DNA of 57,856 nucleotides from Bacteroidales bacterium (GCA_041740815.1 JBGSLG010000118.1:1-57856), one strand, 5' to 3'. Positions 1 through 9,872 are shown, numbered from the stretch's first letter. Numbers and translations: made by a program. Notes: generated by a model from the sequence alone, not told the origin.

Positions 1-33
1 ATGTTGCTTATCCCGGGTAAATGAAATTTGTTG

Positions 34-41
34 TACTTTTG
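34..41 (+). promoter_or_regulatory. Bacteroidota sigma-A -7 element (TACTTTTG) upstream of hfsA-like gene
   Basis: Matches TAnnTTTG and lies 26 nt before the TTG start at 68. Confidence 0.5.
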
Positions 42-67
42 AGTGGATATGAAATAAAAGAGGAGAG

Positions 68-313
68 TTGGGACAATCATACGAAATTGAGATTTGCCTT
101 GGAAGCTCCTGTTTCTCAAGAGGTAACAGGGAGGTAGTACAGGTTCTGAGGGAATATCTAAGGAAGAACCACCTCGATGACAAGGTGGTGCTCCGGGGTG
201 CGCGGTGTATGGACCGCTGCAGCGAAGGGCCATTCATAATTATCAACGGAAAGATGTTTGCACAGATAGGTGTGCAGGACATAGAAAAGATCCTCGAGAC
301 GGAGCTGCTATAG
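68..313 (+). CDS. hfsA: Thioredoxin-like [2Fe-2S] ferredoxin (NuoE/HfsA-like)
   Basis: CLGSSC...CMDRCSEGP Cys pattern; first gene of a ferredoxin/hydrogenase-PAS/phosphatase triplet. Confidence 0.8.
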   Translation: MGQSYEIEICLGSSCFSRGNREVVQVLREYLRKNHLDDKVVLRGARCMDRCSEGPFIIINGKMFAQIGVQDIEKILETELL

Positions 314-335
314 GCCGGCAGCATAACTAAATGCA

Positions 336-2219
336 ATGATCATGAAAATACCCGACCAGGTAATTTACATAAATGAGGATAAGTGCCGCAACTCTTATTC
401 ATGTGTGAGGGCATGCCCGGTGAATGCCATCGAGGTCAAGCCCGAGAGGCAGCACCCGGTGATAATTGCCGACAGGTGTATTGGCTGCGGGCTCTGTTTC
501 CTCTCGTGCTCGCCTAAGGCGATTGAGTTCAGGGATTCGAGGAGGCAGGTCAGGGATCTGCTCGGGTCGGGCCGCAAGACCGCAGCGCTCATTGCCCCGA
601 GCATTGCATCGGAGTTTGATGACATCACCGACTACCGCAAGTTTGTGGGTATGATCAGAAAGCTTGGCTTCACCTATGTTCATGAGGTCTCTTTCGGGGT
701 TGATCTTGTTGCATATGCCTACAAAAAGCTGTTCGAGGAGTCGAGCGGCAAGTACTACATCACTGCCAACTGTCCGGCCATAGTGGAGATGGTTGAGAAG
801 TACCATCCCAATCTCGTGCCCAACCTGGCACCGCTGGTATCCCCCATGGTGGCCACGGCCATGGTCACCCGCGATCTCTACGGTGAGGATGTCGCCAACG
901 TCTTCATAGGACCGTGCATTGACATCAAGGCCGAGGCCACCCTCTACAAGGAGAGGAATCTCGTTGAGGCAGTGCTTACATTTATTGAGATCCGCCAGCT
1001 CTTCGATGAAGATGGGATACAGGAAAAGGCCGTAAAGATGGCCGAATTCGACCCGCCATTTGGCAACTGGGGAGCGCTATACCCCTACCCTGCAGGCATA
1101 CTGCAGGCTGCCGGCATCAAGCGTGACCTGGTATCGAGCCAGGTAATCACCGCCTCCGGCGCCGAGGATGTAAAGGAGGCCGTTAACGACTTCGACCACC
1201 ATATAGATACAATCAGGCACCACTTCAACCTCTTCTTCTGCCCGGGGTGCATGCTCGGCCCCGGTATGATCCGTCACGATGAGCGGTTCAGAAGGCGTTC
1301 ACTTGTCAAACAGTACGCTGAGAAGCGTGTTGAAGCGCTCGACAGCCGTCAGTGGCAGAAGGATCTCGACCGGTGGTCATCGCTTGACCTGGCCCGCACG
1401 TTCATAGCCAATGACCAGCGGATACCTGAACCCACACAGGAGGCCATCAACGAGGTCATGAAGATAATAGGCAAAGAGAGACGCACAGAGGAGCTGAACT
1501 GCAATGCATGCGGCTACGGATCATGCCGTGAGTTTGCATCCACAGTTGCAAAGGGACTGGCAGTGCCGGAGATGTGCCACACCTACAATCTCCGCAACAA
1601 GCAGGAGTATATCGAGACCCTTCGCCAGACCAACAAGAAGCTCTCCGATACAAAAAAGGCCCTGAAAGATTCGGAGGAGCAGGCCATGAGGGAGAAGGAT
1701 GCCGCACAGGACGCCTCGGATACCATGAACAGCATGCTCAACAAGCTGCCGAACGGGGTGGTGATAGTTGACAACGAGCTGAAGATACTTCAGTCGAACG
1801 AACAGTTCCTTGAGATCATCGGCGAAGATGCCAAGGCTATTGCTGAGATCATTCCGGGATTGCGTGGTGCCGATCTGAAGACCCTGCTGCCATTCAACGT
1901 GTACAACATCTTCTCATTCGTGCTTCGTGAAAACGAGTCGGTAATCAGTCGCGACGTACAGGTCGAGGACCGTATGTTCAACGTCTCCATCTTCCCCATC
2001 AGGCAGAACAGGATAGCAGGAGCCGTTATCCGCGATCTCTTCTCGCCCGAGGTGCAGCGTGAGGAGGTGATCACACGGGTCTCCGATGTCATCGACAAGA
2101 ACCTGGAGATGGTGCAGAAGATAGGCTTCCTGCTTGGTGAGGGAGCCTCTGACACGGAGAAGATGCTTAACTCCATTGTTGAATCGTTCCGCCAGAAAAA
2201 GAATGAACCCGGAAAGTAG
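336..2219 (+). CDS. hfsB: Sensory [FeFe]-hydrogenase-like protein with N-terminal 2x[4Fe-4S], FeS domain, coiled coil and PAS domain (HfsB/HydS-like)
   Basis: CIGCGLC ferredoxin motif; H-domain motifs TANCP, GPCIDIKAE and CPGCMLG; NCNACGYGSC...C FeS domain; LPNGVVIVD PAS start. Confidence 0.85.
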   Translation: MIMKIPDQVIYINEDKCRNSYSCVRACPVNAIEVKPERQHPVIIADRCIGCGLCFLSCSPKAIEFRDSRRQVRDLLGSGRKTAALIAPSIASEFDDITDYRKFVGMIRKLGFTYVHEVSFGVDLVAYAYKKLFEESSGKYYITANCPAIVEMVEKYHPNLVPNLAPLVSPMVATAMVTRDLYGEDVANVFIGPCIDIKAEATLYKERNLVEAVLTFIEIRQLFDEDGIQEKAVKMAEFDPPFGNWGALYPYPAGILQAAGIKRDLVSSQVITASGAEDVKEAVNDFDHHIDTIRHHFNLFFCPGCMLGPGMIRHDERFRRRSLVKQYAEKRVEALDSRQWQKDLDRWSSLDLARTFIANDQRIPEPTQEAINEVMKIIGKERRTEELNCNACGYGSCREFASTVAKGLAVPEMCHTYNLRNKQEYIETLRQTNKKLSDTKKALKDSEEQAMREKDAAQDASDTMNSMLNKLPNGVVIVDNELKILQSNEQFLEIIGEDAKAIAEIIPGLRGADLKTLLPFNVYNIFSFVLRENESVISRDVQVEDRMFNVSIFPIRQNRIAGAVIRDLFSPEVQREEVITRVSDVIDKNLEMVQKIGFLLGEGASDTEKMLNSIVESFRQKKNEPGK

Positions 2220-2232
2220 TCAGGCGGCAGTT

Positions 2233-3417
2233 ATGGAGAGGGAGTTCTTCATCGAGGTCAACAGCCAGCAGCGCAACCATCACGGTGAGCGTATCTGCGG
2301 TGACGTCTTCCTCTCGGAGAACGTGCGTGAGGAGAACCGCATCATCACCGTCCTCTCCGACGGCATGGGACACGGCGTCAAGGCAAATATACTTGCCACC
2401 CTCACCTCCACCATGGCGTTAAACTTCACCCGTGAGCACAAGGAGCCCGACCGGATTGCAGAGATCATCATGAACACTCTTCCCGTCTGCTCCGAGAGGA
2501 AGATCAGTTATGCCACCTTTTCAATAGTGGATATTGAGAGCGACGGCCGGGCCAACATACTCGAGTATGACAACCCCCGATGCATCATACTCAGGGGAAA
2601 CCAGCCCTTCGAGCCGGACTGGAAAGACGTGATCCTTGACAAGGGACGCAATGCCGGCAAGCGACTGCGTAAATGCAACTTCTATCCCACCAAAGAAGAC
2701 CGTATCATCCTGCTCTCTGACGGCGTGGCCCAGAGCGGCATGGGAAGCAGCGCCTGGCCTCTCGGCTGGGAGCGCGACAATGTTCAGCAATACATCGTCT
2801 CCCTGGTGACCAGCGACCCATCGATCTCAGCTTCAGTTCTGGCAGGAAAGGTGGTGACAATGGCCTATAAATATGACAACTACGAAGCCAAAGATGACAT
2901 ATCGTGCGCCATTCTCTACTTCAGGGAGCCACGGAAGCTGTTAATCTGCTCCGGGCCGCCCTATGACGAAGAGAAGGATAAGGTGCTGGCAGCCAGGGTC
3001 AACGATTATAACGGGAAGGTTATCCTCTGCGGAGGCACAACAGCCGACATCGTGGCCCGTGAACTCAACCGTAAGATTGTTGATGAACTGATATTCGAAG
3101 ATCCTGATCTGCCCCCCGAGAGCTTCATGGAAGGTGTTGATCTTGTGACCGAGGGCATACTCACCCTCCAGAAGGTCAATGAGCTTGTCAAGGCGTACAA
3201 AAACAGCGTTAAGCTTGGCAAGGGGCCGGCAGACAAGATTGTTAAACTTATCATGGAAAGCGATGAGATCAACTTCATCGTCGGGACACGCATCAACGTG
3301 GCTCATCAGGATCCGACGCTCCCCGTTGACCTGGAGATACGGCGTACGGTGGTCAAGCGCATAGCCCGGATACTCGAGGACAAGTGGCTGAAGCTGGTCA
3401 GCATTGATTATATATGA
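2233..3417 (+). CDS. hfsC: SpoIIE/PP2C-family Ser/Thr phosphatase (HfsC-like); alternative start at 2203
   Basis: ICGD, LSDGMGHG, LLSDGV and KDDIS PP2C motifs; follows hfsB-like gene. Confidence 0.85.
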   Translation: MEREFFIEVNSQQRNHHGERICGDVFLSENVREENRIITVLSDGMGHGVKANILATLTSTMALNFTREHKEPDRIAEIIMNTLPVCSERKISYATFSIVDIESDGRANILEYDNPRCIILRGNQPFEPDWKDVILDKGRNAGKRLRKCNFYPTKEDRIILLSDGVAQSGMGSSAWPLGWERDNVQQYIVSLVTSDPSISASVLAGKVVTMAYKYDNYEAKDDISCAILYFREPRKLLICSGPPYDEEKDKVLAARVNDYNGKVILCGGTTADIVARELNRKIVDELIFEDPDLPPESFMEGVDLVTEGILTLQKVNELVKAYKNSVKLGKGPADKIVKLIMESDEINFIVGTRINVAHQDPTLPVDLEIRRTVVKRIARILEDKWLKLVSIDYI

Positions 3418-3419
3418 AA

Positions 3420-3556
3420 TAGGCAGTAGGCAGTAGTGAGAATTAAGAATTAAGAATTAAGAATTGATAGTCAGGGTTTTAGACTGCATGACCGCATGAC
3501 TGCAGGACCGCAGGACTGCAAGACCATCAGACTTTTGACTTTAGGACTTTACGGAC
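3420..3556. repeat. Composite short tandem repeats: TAGGCAG x2, AGAATTA x~4, GACYGCAD x5, GACTTT-core x3
   Basis: Read directly in the intergenic region between convergent hfsC-like and NUDIX genes. Confidence 0.85.
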
Positions 3557-3976
3557 TCAGACCACCCGTTGCTGTGCTACCTTGAAGAGTACTGTCATCA
3601 CCTCCGGCAGTGATAGGTCGCGCGGCAGTCGCCTGAAGACCTTCACCCTCTCTATCTCGGCCGTGTCAATGATAGCACCACGTGTCTCAACCTCGGCAAG
3701 GAACAGCCTTCCGTACTGCTTACCGGAGCCGCTGTCGACAGAATAGTAAGTAACCGGTTCCATTGTAAAATCCAAGGCTCCCGTCTCCTCCGTCAGCTCC
3801 CTCACTGCCGCCTCAACGGTATCCTCTCCGGGATCGGGGTGGCCTGCCGGGAGCTCATATCCTCCCCTCCTGCGGTGCCTTACAAAGAGCCATCCGCCGT
3901 CATGCCTCGCTGCTATTACAACATATGAAACCTTCAGGGGGTCCACCCCCGCATTTACAAGCTCAACCTTCACCAT
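3557..3976 (-). CDS. NUDIX hydrolase
   Basis: Nudix box GHPDPGEDTVEAAVRELTEETG. Confidence 0.9.
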   Translation of the reverse strand: MVKVELVNAGVDPLKVSYVVIAARHDGGWLFVRHRRRGGYELPAGHPDPGEDTVEAAVRELTEETGALDFTMEPVTYYSVDSGSGKQYGRLFLAEVETRGAIIDTAEIERVKVFRRLPRDLSLPEVMTVLFKVAQQRVV

Positions 3977-4029
3977 GAGGTAAAATTAACTTAAAAAAAG
4001 ATAATGGTGTCTTTTAACTTCAATAATAC

Positions 4030-4037
4030 TATTTTTG
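4030..4037 (+). promoter_or_regulatory. Putative -7 element TATTTTTG
   Basis: TAnnTTTG match just upstream of the ATG at 4053. Confidence 0.45.
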
Positions 4038-4052
4038 TTGAAAATCTAGCGG

Positions 4053-5228
4053 ATGATATTCTTCCTTATACTGCTGCTGTTCGACGTGTGGCTGTGGTAC
4101 GCCATCATCACTGACCTGAAGGGGAGGACCAGAATTCTCAGGATTGTTGTCATTGCGGTCAAGGCATCAGTAAGTTTGCTCCTTCTCTTCCTTTCCATAT
4201 GGGTACTTGCATACCGTGGTGAGTTTGCCGATCCTGCCAATGCCTTCATCCGCATTGTTCTGGGGGCAGTTGCCGCCATGATCTTCACTGCCGGCTCCGC
4301 CTACATGGCAATGATCCTCCTTACCTGGCTTCCGCAACGTCTCATGAACCGAAGGATGAGGGCGGCAGGGCTGATCAACATCACAGTCTTCATGCTGATT
4401 GTTCTCCTCTTTGCCGATGGCTATTTCAGGCAGAGGTTTGATGTGAAGATCATCAGGGAGGAGGTGGCTGTCACGCGACTGGACCCCGCCCTGAGCGGCA
4501 TGAAGATCTTGCTCGTGTCAGACCTGCACCTCTCATCATGGCATGGCCATTATGACAGGCTTGAGAAAGTCATGACAATGATAAGCAGGGAGCAGCCGGA
4601 CCTCCTTGTCAACACCGGAGATTTCATCACATACGGGTGGCATGAGTTCGGGGAGTGTGACACCATACTCCGTAAAGCCTTTGCAAAGAGCGGTGCTTTT
4701 GCAGTGGTCGGTAACCATGACGACGGAACCTACCACCCCGATTATGACGAGAGTTACGGAGCACAATGCAAGGCAATACTTGAAAAGAAGATAACGGAAT
4801 CAGGATATCAGTTGCTCTCTGACACGGTTGTGATCACAAGCTTCAACGGCACGGAGATCGCCGTGGCAGGTGTAGTTACACACGGGCACCGTCTGGAGAT
4901 GAGATACGGCAACTTTGAAAAGGTACTCGGACAGATTCCTGACAGCCTGTTCACCGTCATGCTGCTGCATGATCCGGCCGGGTGGCTTCTGACCGCGGTA
5001 AACGGCCGAATGCCGGACCTCACCCTGTCAGGCCACACCCACGGCCTTCAGGCGGGAACTCCCGGCAGCCGGCGCTCACCGGCTGAACAGTTTCACGAGA
5101 GATGGAGAGGTACATACCAATTCGACGGCAGCCAGCTGTTTGTGACCACAGGCCTCGGTACAATGGGTATGGCAGTCAGGCTGTTCATGCCACCTGAAAT
5201 AGTGGTTCTGACAGTGATACCCGAATAA
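4053..5228 (+). CDS. Membrane-anchored metallophosphoesterase (YkuE/YaeI-like)
   Basis: N-terminal TM helices; SDLH, TGDF, GNHD, LLHDP and SGHTHG calcineurin-like motifs. Confidence 0.9.
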   Translation: MIFFLILLLFDVWLWYAIITDLKGRTRILRIVVIAVKASVSLLLLFLSIWVLAYRGEFADPANAFIRIVLGAVAAMIFTAGSAYMAMILLTWLPQRLMNRRMRAAGLINITVFMLIVLLFADGYFRQRFDVKIIREEVAVTRLDPALSGMKILLVSDLHLSSWHGHYDRLEKVMTMISREQPDLLVNTGDFITYGWHEFGECDTILRKAFAKSGAFAVVGNHDDGTYHPDYDESYGAQCKAILEKKITESGYQLLSDTVVITSFNGTEIAVAGVVTHGHRLEMRYGNFEKVLGQIPDSLFTVMLLHDPAGWLLTAVNGRMPDLTLSGHTHGLQAGTPGSRRSPAEQFHERWRGTYQFDGSQLFVTTGLGTMGMAVRLFMPPEIVVLTVIPE

Positions 5229-5237
5229 ACTATTTTG

Positions 5238-5245
5238 TAACTTTG
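5238..5245 (+). promoter_or_regulatory. Putative -7 element TAACTTTG
   Basis: TAnnTTTG match upstream of the M28 gene. Confidence 0.5.
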
Positions 5246-5271
5246 CGTTTTCCTATACGCTGATTGTACGA

Positions 5272-6861
5272 ATGAACTTTAAACATGTAATAATTGTAGC
5301 AGCCGCTCTTATGGCGGCTATCCCTTCATATTCACAGGATAAGGCCCTTAAGGTGATCACCAGGGAGACCTCCGTGGAACATATGAAATACCTCTCCTCA
5401 GATAACCTGGAAGGAAGAAGGACTGGCAGTGACGGGAACCAGGCAGCGGCAGAATATATCAGGGCCGAAGCACTGAAGATGGGCGTCAGACCCCTTCCCG
5501 GTCAGACTGATCTCTTGCAGCCGCTGGAGTACCTTAGAGTCACACCAGTAGCGGGAGAATCGGTCTTCACCATGAAGGATTCACTGGGCAACATACTCGG
5601 CAGAGCTGAGGTGATGCCACTCATGCCCCCTGGAGACACTGTAACCTTCACAGGAGAGATAGTCTTCGGTGGTTACGGTTACGCTAACAGCGAAGACAAA
5701 TACAACGACTTTGCCGGTATTACCATAAACGACAGGATAGTGATTATCATGACAAGGAGTCCTGACCTCCGCGGTACTGGATTACCGGCTTCCGCAACGA
5801 GCGTCAGCGAAATGATTGAAGTACGGAAGCTTCCTATGATCATGCTTCAGAAGGCAAAGGCTGTCTTTTTTGTTGCTGACCCGGCACTGGGCACGGACAT
5901 CTCCACGGACCTCCTTTCGATGGGATCCTCCTATCACCTTGTCCCGCTCTTTAAAAAACAGATGTTCAGCTTCAACCTGAACGCCTATTCCATCTCAATT
6001 GAGACTGCAGACATGATTCTGAAAGGGTCCGGTCTGACGCTGAAACAGCTGCAGGACAGCATTGCCACGTCGAGGAAACCGGCATCATTCATTGTCCCAG
6101 GGGTGAGGGCCGACGTGAGGATCAATGTTGTAAAGGATACAGTAATCAGCTCAAATATAATAGGTTACATTGAAGGATCAGATCCCCTGCTTAAGGATGA
6201 GGCCGTTATGTTTACCGCCCATTATGACCACGTAGGGAAAGACGCAGCCGGCAACATTTACAACGGCGCCAATGACAACGCCTCAGGAAGCGTGGGGCTG
6301 CTCAATATTGCATCAGCCTTTGCAGCCCTTCAGAAAAAACCGGCAAGAAGCACAATCTTCTTTTGGACCACCGGCGAGGAAGAGGGACTGCATGGCGCGA
6401 CCTATTATACCGATCATCCACTGTTCCCTCTCGAAAAGACTGTTGCCACCATCAACTTCGATATGATAGGCAGATCAAGGCGCGACACTGACACCGGGGC
6501 CTCATTGAACGGTCAGTATGATATTACCGGCCCTGACACCATAAAGGTGATCTCAGGCGCCGACTGCCAGCAGCTGGTGTCGCTGGCAACACAGGCATGC
6601 AGGGAGTCCGGCGTCCATATGATTGACGAGGGCAAGGGGACGCACTTCTCCGGATCAGATCACTACCCGTTCTACCGCAAAGGCATCCCTGTGCTCTTCT
6701 TCTTCACCGGGCTGCACCGCGATTACCACAAGACGTCGGACGACTTTGAATTCATTGATTTCGACAAGCTGCTGAAGGTGTCGCAGGCAGGATTCCTTAC
6801 CGGCTATGATGTTGCCAACACTCCTGCAAGACTGCAGAAAGACCCGAAGGAGCAGAATTAG
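5272..6861 (+). CDS. M28 family aminopeptidase with PA domain, secreted
   Basis: Signal peptide; AHYDH, GANDNASG, GEEEGL, NFDMIG, SDH and HRDYH motifs. Confidence 0.9.
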   Translation: MNFKHVIIVAAALMAAIPSYSQDKALKVITRETSVEHMKYLSSDNLEGRRTGSDGNQAAAEYIRAEALKMGVRPLPGQTDLLQPLEYLRVTPVAGESVFTMKDSLGNILGRAEVMPLMPPGDTVTFTGEIVFGGYGYANSEDKYNDFAGITINDRIVIIMTRSPDLRGTGLPASATSVSEMIEVRKLPMIMLQKAKAVFFVADPALGTDISTDLLSMGSSYHLVPLFKKQMFSFNLNAYSISIETADMILKGSGLTLKQLQDSIATSRKPASFIVPGVRADVRINVVKDTVISSNIIGYIEGSDPLLKDEAVMFTAHYDHVGKDAAGNIYNGANDNASGSVGLLNIASAFAALQKKPARSTIFFWTTGEEEGLHGATYYTDHPLFPLEKTVATINFDMIGRSRRDTDTGASLNGQYDITGPDTIKVISGADCQQLVSLATQACRESGVHMIDEGKGTHFSGSDHYPFYRKGIPVLFFFTGLHRDYHKTSDDFEFIDFDKLLKVSQAGFLTGYDVANTPARLQKDPKEQN

Positions 6862-6926
6862 CTGATCCTTTTCGCATGAAGAAAAGAGAATCACCATAGG
6901 AGCAGAAGCAGCCTGATCAATTTCGA

Positions 6927-7625
6927 ATGAAGAAAAAGACCGTCACCATTGCATCCGGGGAGGTGGAGCTTGACATTGTCAGGTCTTCGAGGCGGACGGT
7001 GGCACTGTATGTAAAGCCCGGGGGCACCCTGCTCGTGAGGGCTCCGTGGTATGTGCCGGTCTATGTTCTTATGCAGTTCGTACGGCATAAGACGGCCTGG
7101 ATTGAAAGGCAGATGGAGAGGCTGAAGGATGTAAAACCTGTCGGCGACCATCCGCTGATTGATGACGGCAGTGTGATCCCCTTCCTTGGCAGACAGCTGA
7201 CCGTGAAGGTCTCTGAGGGAGCCAGAAATACTGCAAGGCTCGTTGATAATGTACTCCATATAACTGCGGCAGGCGAAAGGTCACCGTTGAAGATCACAGC
7301 TGTTGCTGAGAGGTGGTATCAGAATCAGGCAAAAGCCCTCTTCGCAGCGCGTGCCTCTGTGCTGGCCGCACTTCATGCCGCGCTGCTTCCGGCACCGGGA
7401 ACGGTAAGTGTCCGCCGGATGAAGCGCCGGTGGGGCACCTGTCACTCAAACGGAGCTATTTGGCTTAACAGTGAACTGGTAAAGAAGGATCCGGAGCTGA
7501 TCGATTATGTCATCATCCACGAGCTCTGCCACCTGGTGCACCACAACCACAGCAAGGAGTATTATGCCCTGCTTGGCAGTATTATCCCGAATTTCCGGGA
7601 GCTGAGGAAAAGACTGCAGCAATAA
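6927..7625 (+). CDS. YgjP/DUF45-like (SprT/M48-type) zinc metal-dependent hydrolase
   Basis: RWGTC and DYVIIHELCHLVHHNHS motifs. Confidence 0.85.
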   Translation: MKKKTVTIASGEVELDIVRSSRRTVALYVKPGGTLLVRAPWYVPVYVLMQFVRHKTAWIERQMERLKDVKPVGDHPLIDDGSVIPFLGRQLTVKVSEGARNTARLVDNVLHITAAGERSPLKITAVAERWYQNQAKALFAARASVLAALHAALLPAPGTVSVRRMKRRWGTCHSNGAIWLNSELVKKDPELIDYVIIHELCHLVHHNHSKEYYALLGSIIPNFRELRKRLQQ

Positions 7626-7629
7626 AGTT

Positions 7630-7730
7630 GGCAGTCCTCAGTCGGCAATCGCCAGTCAAAACCAATCCATAGTGCATGTAAGTTCTTAATTTACTGAAGA
7701 CTGGAGACTGAAGGCTGAAGACTGTGGACT
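7630..7730. repeat. Inverted pair of heptamer arrays: nnCAGTC x4 (7630-7657) and ACTGAAG-like x5 (7693-7730)
   Basis: Read directly between the convergent ygjP-like gene and yebC. Confidence 0.75.
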
Positions 7731-7745
7731 TATATCATCAAAGCA

Positions 7746-8456
7746 CTAGGCAATATTTGTGAAGACGGCCTGTATGTCATCATCATCCTCGAGACGGTCA
7801 ATGATTTTCTCGACATCGGCCATCTGCTCCTCGGTGATGTTGACCGGATTGAGCGCGATACGCTCAAGGGAGCCTTTCTTAATTTCTATCTCCTTCTCTT
7901 CCAGTGCCTTTGATAATGAACCGAAGTTTGTGTAGTCTCCGTAGACATACCAGGTGTCATCATACACCTCAATAGATTCCAGCCCGGCTTCAATCAGCTC
8001 CAGTTCCAGGTCATCGCACGAGATATTCTCCGGGGCATCCAGTTCAAAGACAGCTTTGCGTGAGAACATGAACTCCAGTGATCCGGTCGGAACCAGGGTG
8101 CCGCCGTTCTTGCTGAGAACAGCTTTGACATTGGCAACGGTGCGGGTGTTATTGTCAGTGGCAGCTTCCGCCATTATCAGCACCCCGTGAGGAGCTTTGC
8201 CCTCGTATATTACCTCGGTATAATTTGCAGTATCTTTTCCTGATGCGCGTTCGATGGCAGCCTTGATGTTGTCCTTGGGCATGTTCTGAACCTTGGCGTT
8301 CATTATGGCAGTACGAAGGCGGGCGTTCATCTCGGGGTCAGTTCCACCCTCTTTTGCAGCCATCGTTATTGCTTTTGCCAGCTTGGGGAAAAGTTTTGAC
8401 ATCTTGTCCCATCTTGCCTCCTTGGAGGCTCTGCGATATTCAAATGCGCGTCCCAT
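7746..8456 (-). CDS. yebC: YebC/PmpR family protein
   Basis: [10 protein letters not shown]-terminus; NMPKDNI, YEG and TDNNTRT motifs; [12 protein letters not shown]-terminus. Confidence 0.95.
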   Translation of the reverse strand: MGRAFEYRRASKEARWDKMSKLFPKLAKAITMAAKEGGTDPEMNARLRTAIMNAKVQNMPKDNIKAAIERASGKDTANYTEVIYEGKAPHGVLIMAEAATDNNTRTVANVKAVLSKNGGTLVPTGSLEFMFSRKAVFELDAPENISCDDLELELIEAGLESIEVYDDTWYVYGDYTNFGSLSKALEEKEIEIKKGSLERIALNPVNITEEQMADVEKIIDRLEDDDDIQAVFTNIA

Positions 8457-8463
8457 ACAGGAT

Positions 8464-8559
8464 AGGTTAAAGGTTAAAGTAGAAAGGTTAAAGTAGAAAG
8501 GTTAAAGGTTAAAGTAGAAAGGTTAAAGGGTAAAGGTTAAAGGTTAAAGGTTAAAGTTG
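8464..8559. repeat. Heptamer tandem array AAAGGTT/AAAGTAG (~13 units) in the yebC leader
   Basis: 12 complete units at 8469-8552 plus flanking partial or degenerate units. Confidence 0.95.
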
Positions 8560-8582
8560 GTTAATCCTGAAATAAAGTGCGG

Positions 8583-8590
8583 CAAAAATA
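8583..8590 (-). promoter_or_regulatory. Putative -7 element (TATTTTTG on minus strand) for yebC
   Basis: CAAAAATA on the plus strand, upstream of the repeat array. Confidence 0.5.
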
Positions 8591-8639
8591 CAACCTGAAA
8601 GGGAAACTTGCACGGAGACCCTGAAAAAAATTGTCAAGG

Positions 8640-9872
8640 TCAGGCGAAGAAGAGGTATGCAACGAATATTGCAGCTATAGTCCCGACTATATCGGCTGTA
8701 AGTCCGCATATGACCGCATACCTCGAGTTTTTTATTCCAACCGATCCGAAGTAGACGGCAAGCACATAGAATGTGGTGTCGGTTGAGCCCTGGAGGCAGC
8801 ATGCAAGGCGGCCCACGAACGAATCGGCACCGTGGATGGTCATCGCATCGATCATCATGCCCCGAGAGCCGCTGCCACTGAGGGGCTTCATAAGCGCGGT
8901 GGGGAGAGCCTCCGTGAATGAGGTGTCAATGCCCATCCATGCAACCACGGCCGTGATGCCGTCAACGAGCAGATCCAGCGCCCCCGAGGCCCTGAAGATG
9001 CCTATGGCAACCAGGATGGCCACCAGGTAAGGAATAATGGTTATGGCGGTCTTGAAACCGTCCTTTGCACCCTCGATGAATGTCTCATAAACATTGACTT
9101 TCTTCACCATGGCCATCACAATGAACGAGATGATAATTGAAAAGAGGATAAAGTTTGCTGCAAAGGTTGACACCGTATTAATCGTCTCCTGTGGCAGGGT
9201 GCTGAAGTACCAGACAATACCTACGATTATGGCCGTAAGTCCGCCCAGGTATGCAAGTACCACCCTGTTAAAGAGGTTAATCTTCTGCGCAATTGCAACA
9301 CTTATGAGACCTGCCAGTGTTGCCACATAGGTTGAAATAAGTATCGGTATGAAGACGTCGGCAGGGTTGGCTGCCCCGAGCTGTGCCCTGTATACCATGA
9401 TTGTTACGGGAATAAGGCAGAGACCGGATGCATTAAGAACAAGGAACATGATCATCGGGTCAGATGCCACCTCCTTGTCGGGGTTGTGTTCCTGCATCTC
9501 CTTCATGGCCTTGAGTCCCATAGGTGTGGCAGCATTGTCAAGCCCCAGCATGTTGGCCGCGACGTTAAGCATCATCGAGCCGTTGGCCGGGCTCTCCGCC
9601 GGCAGTTTGGGAAACAGTTTTCTGAAGAGGGGACCGATGGCCCTCGAGAGCAGTGTCACCGCACCGCCTTTCTCCCCTACCTTCATCAACCCCATCCACA
9701 AGGTGAGCACACCGGTAAGTCCGAGAGAGATCTCAAAGCCGGTTTTGGCACTCGAGAAGGTCGAATCAACCATTTTGTTGAATATCTCGGTGTCACCGTT
9801 AAAAATGAGCTGTGCCAGGGCAAAGACAAACCCTATCAGAAAAAAAGCGATCCAGATATAATTCAGAGCCAT
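8640..9872 (-). CDS. SpmA/SpmB fusion, nucleoside-recognition (gate) domain membrane protein
   Basis: ANMLGLDNAATPMGLKAM, KPLSGSGS and STDTTFYVLAVYFGSVGI motifs. Confidence 0.9.
   Translation of the reverse strand: MALNYIWIAFFLIGFVFALAQLIFNGDTEIFNKMVDSTFSSAKTGFEISLGLTGVLTLWMGLMKVGEKGGAVTLLSRAIGPLFRKLFPKLPAESPANGSMMLNVAANMLGLDNAATPMGLKAMKEMQEHNPDKEVASDPMIMFLVLNASGLCLIPVTIMVYRAQLGAANPADVFIPILISTYVATLAGLISVAIAQKINLFNRVVLAYLGGLTAIIVGIVWYFSTLPQETINTVSTFAANFILFSIIISFIVMAMVKKVNVYETFIEGAKDGFKTAITIIPYLVAILVAIGIFRASGALDLLVDGITAVVAWMGIDTSFTEALPTALMKPLSGSGSRGMMIDAMTIHGADSFVGRLACCLQGSTDTTFYVLAVYFGSVGIKNSRYAVICGLTADIVGTIAAIFVAYLFFA

Noticed and set aside
8551-8802. 83-aa minus-strand ORF overlapping the spmAB 3' end
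   Set aside because: Overlaps a real gene out of frame and the yebC promoter; no motifs
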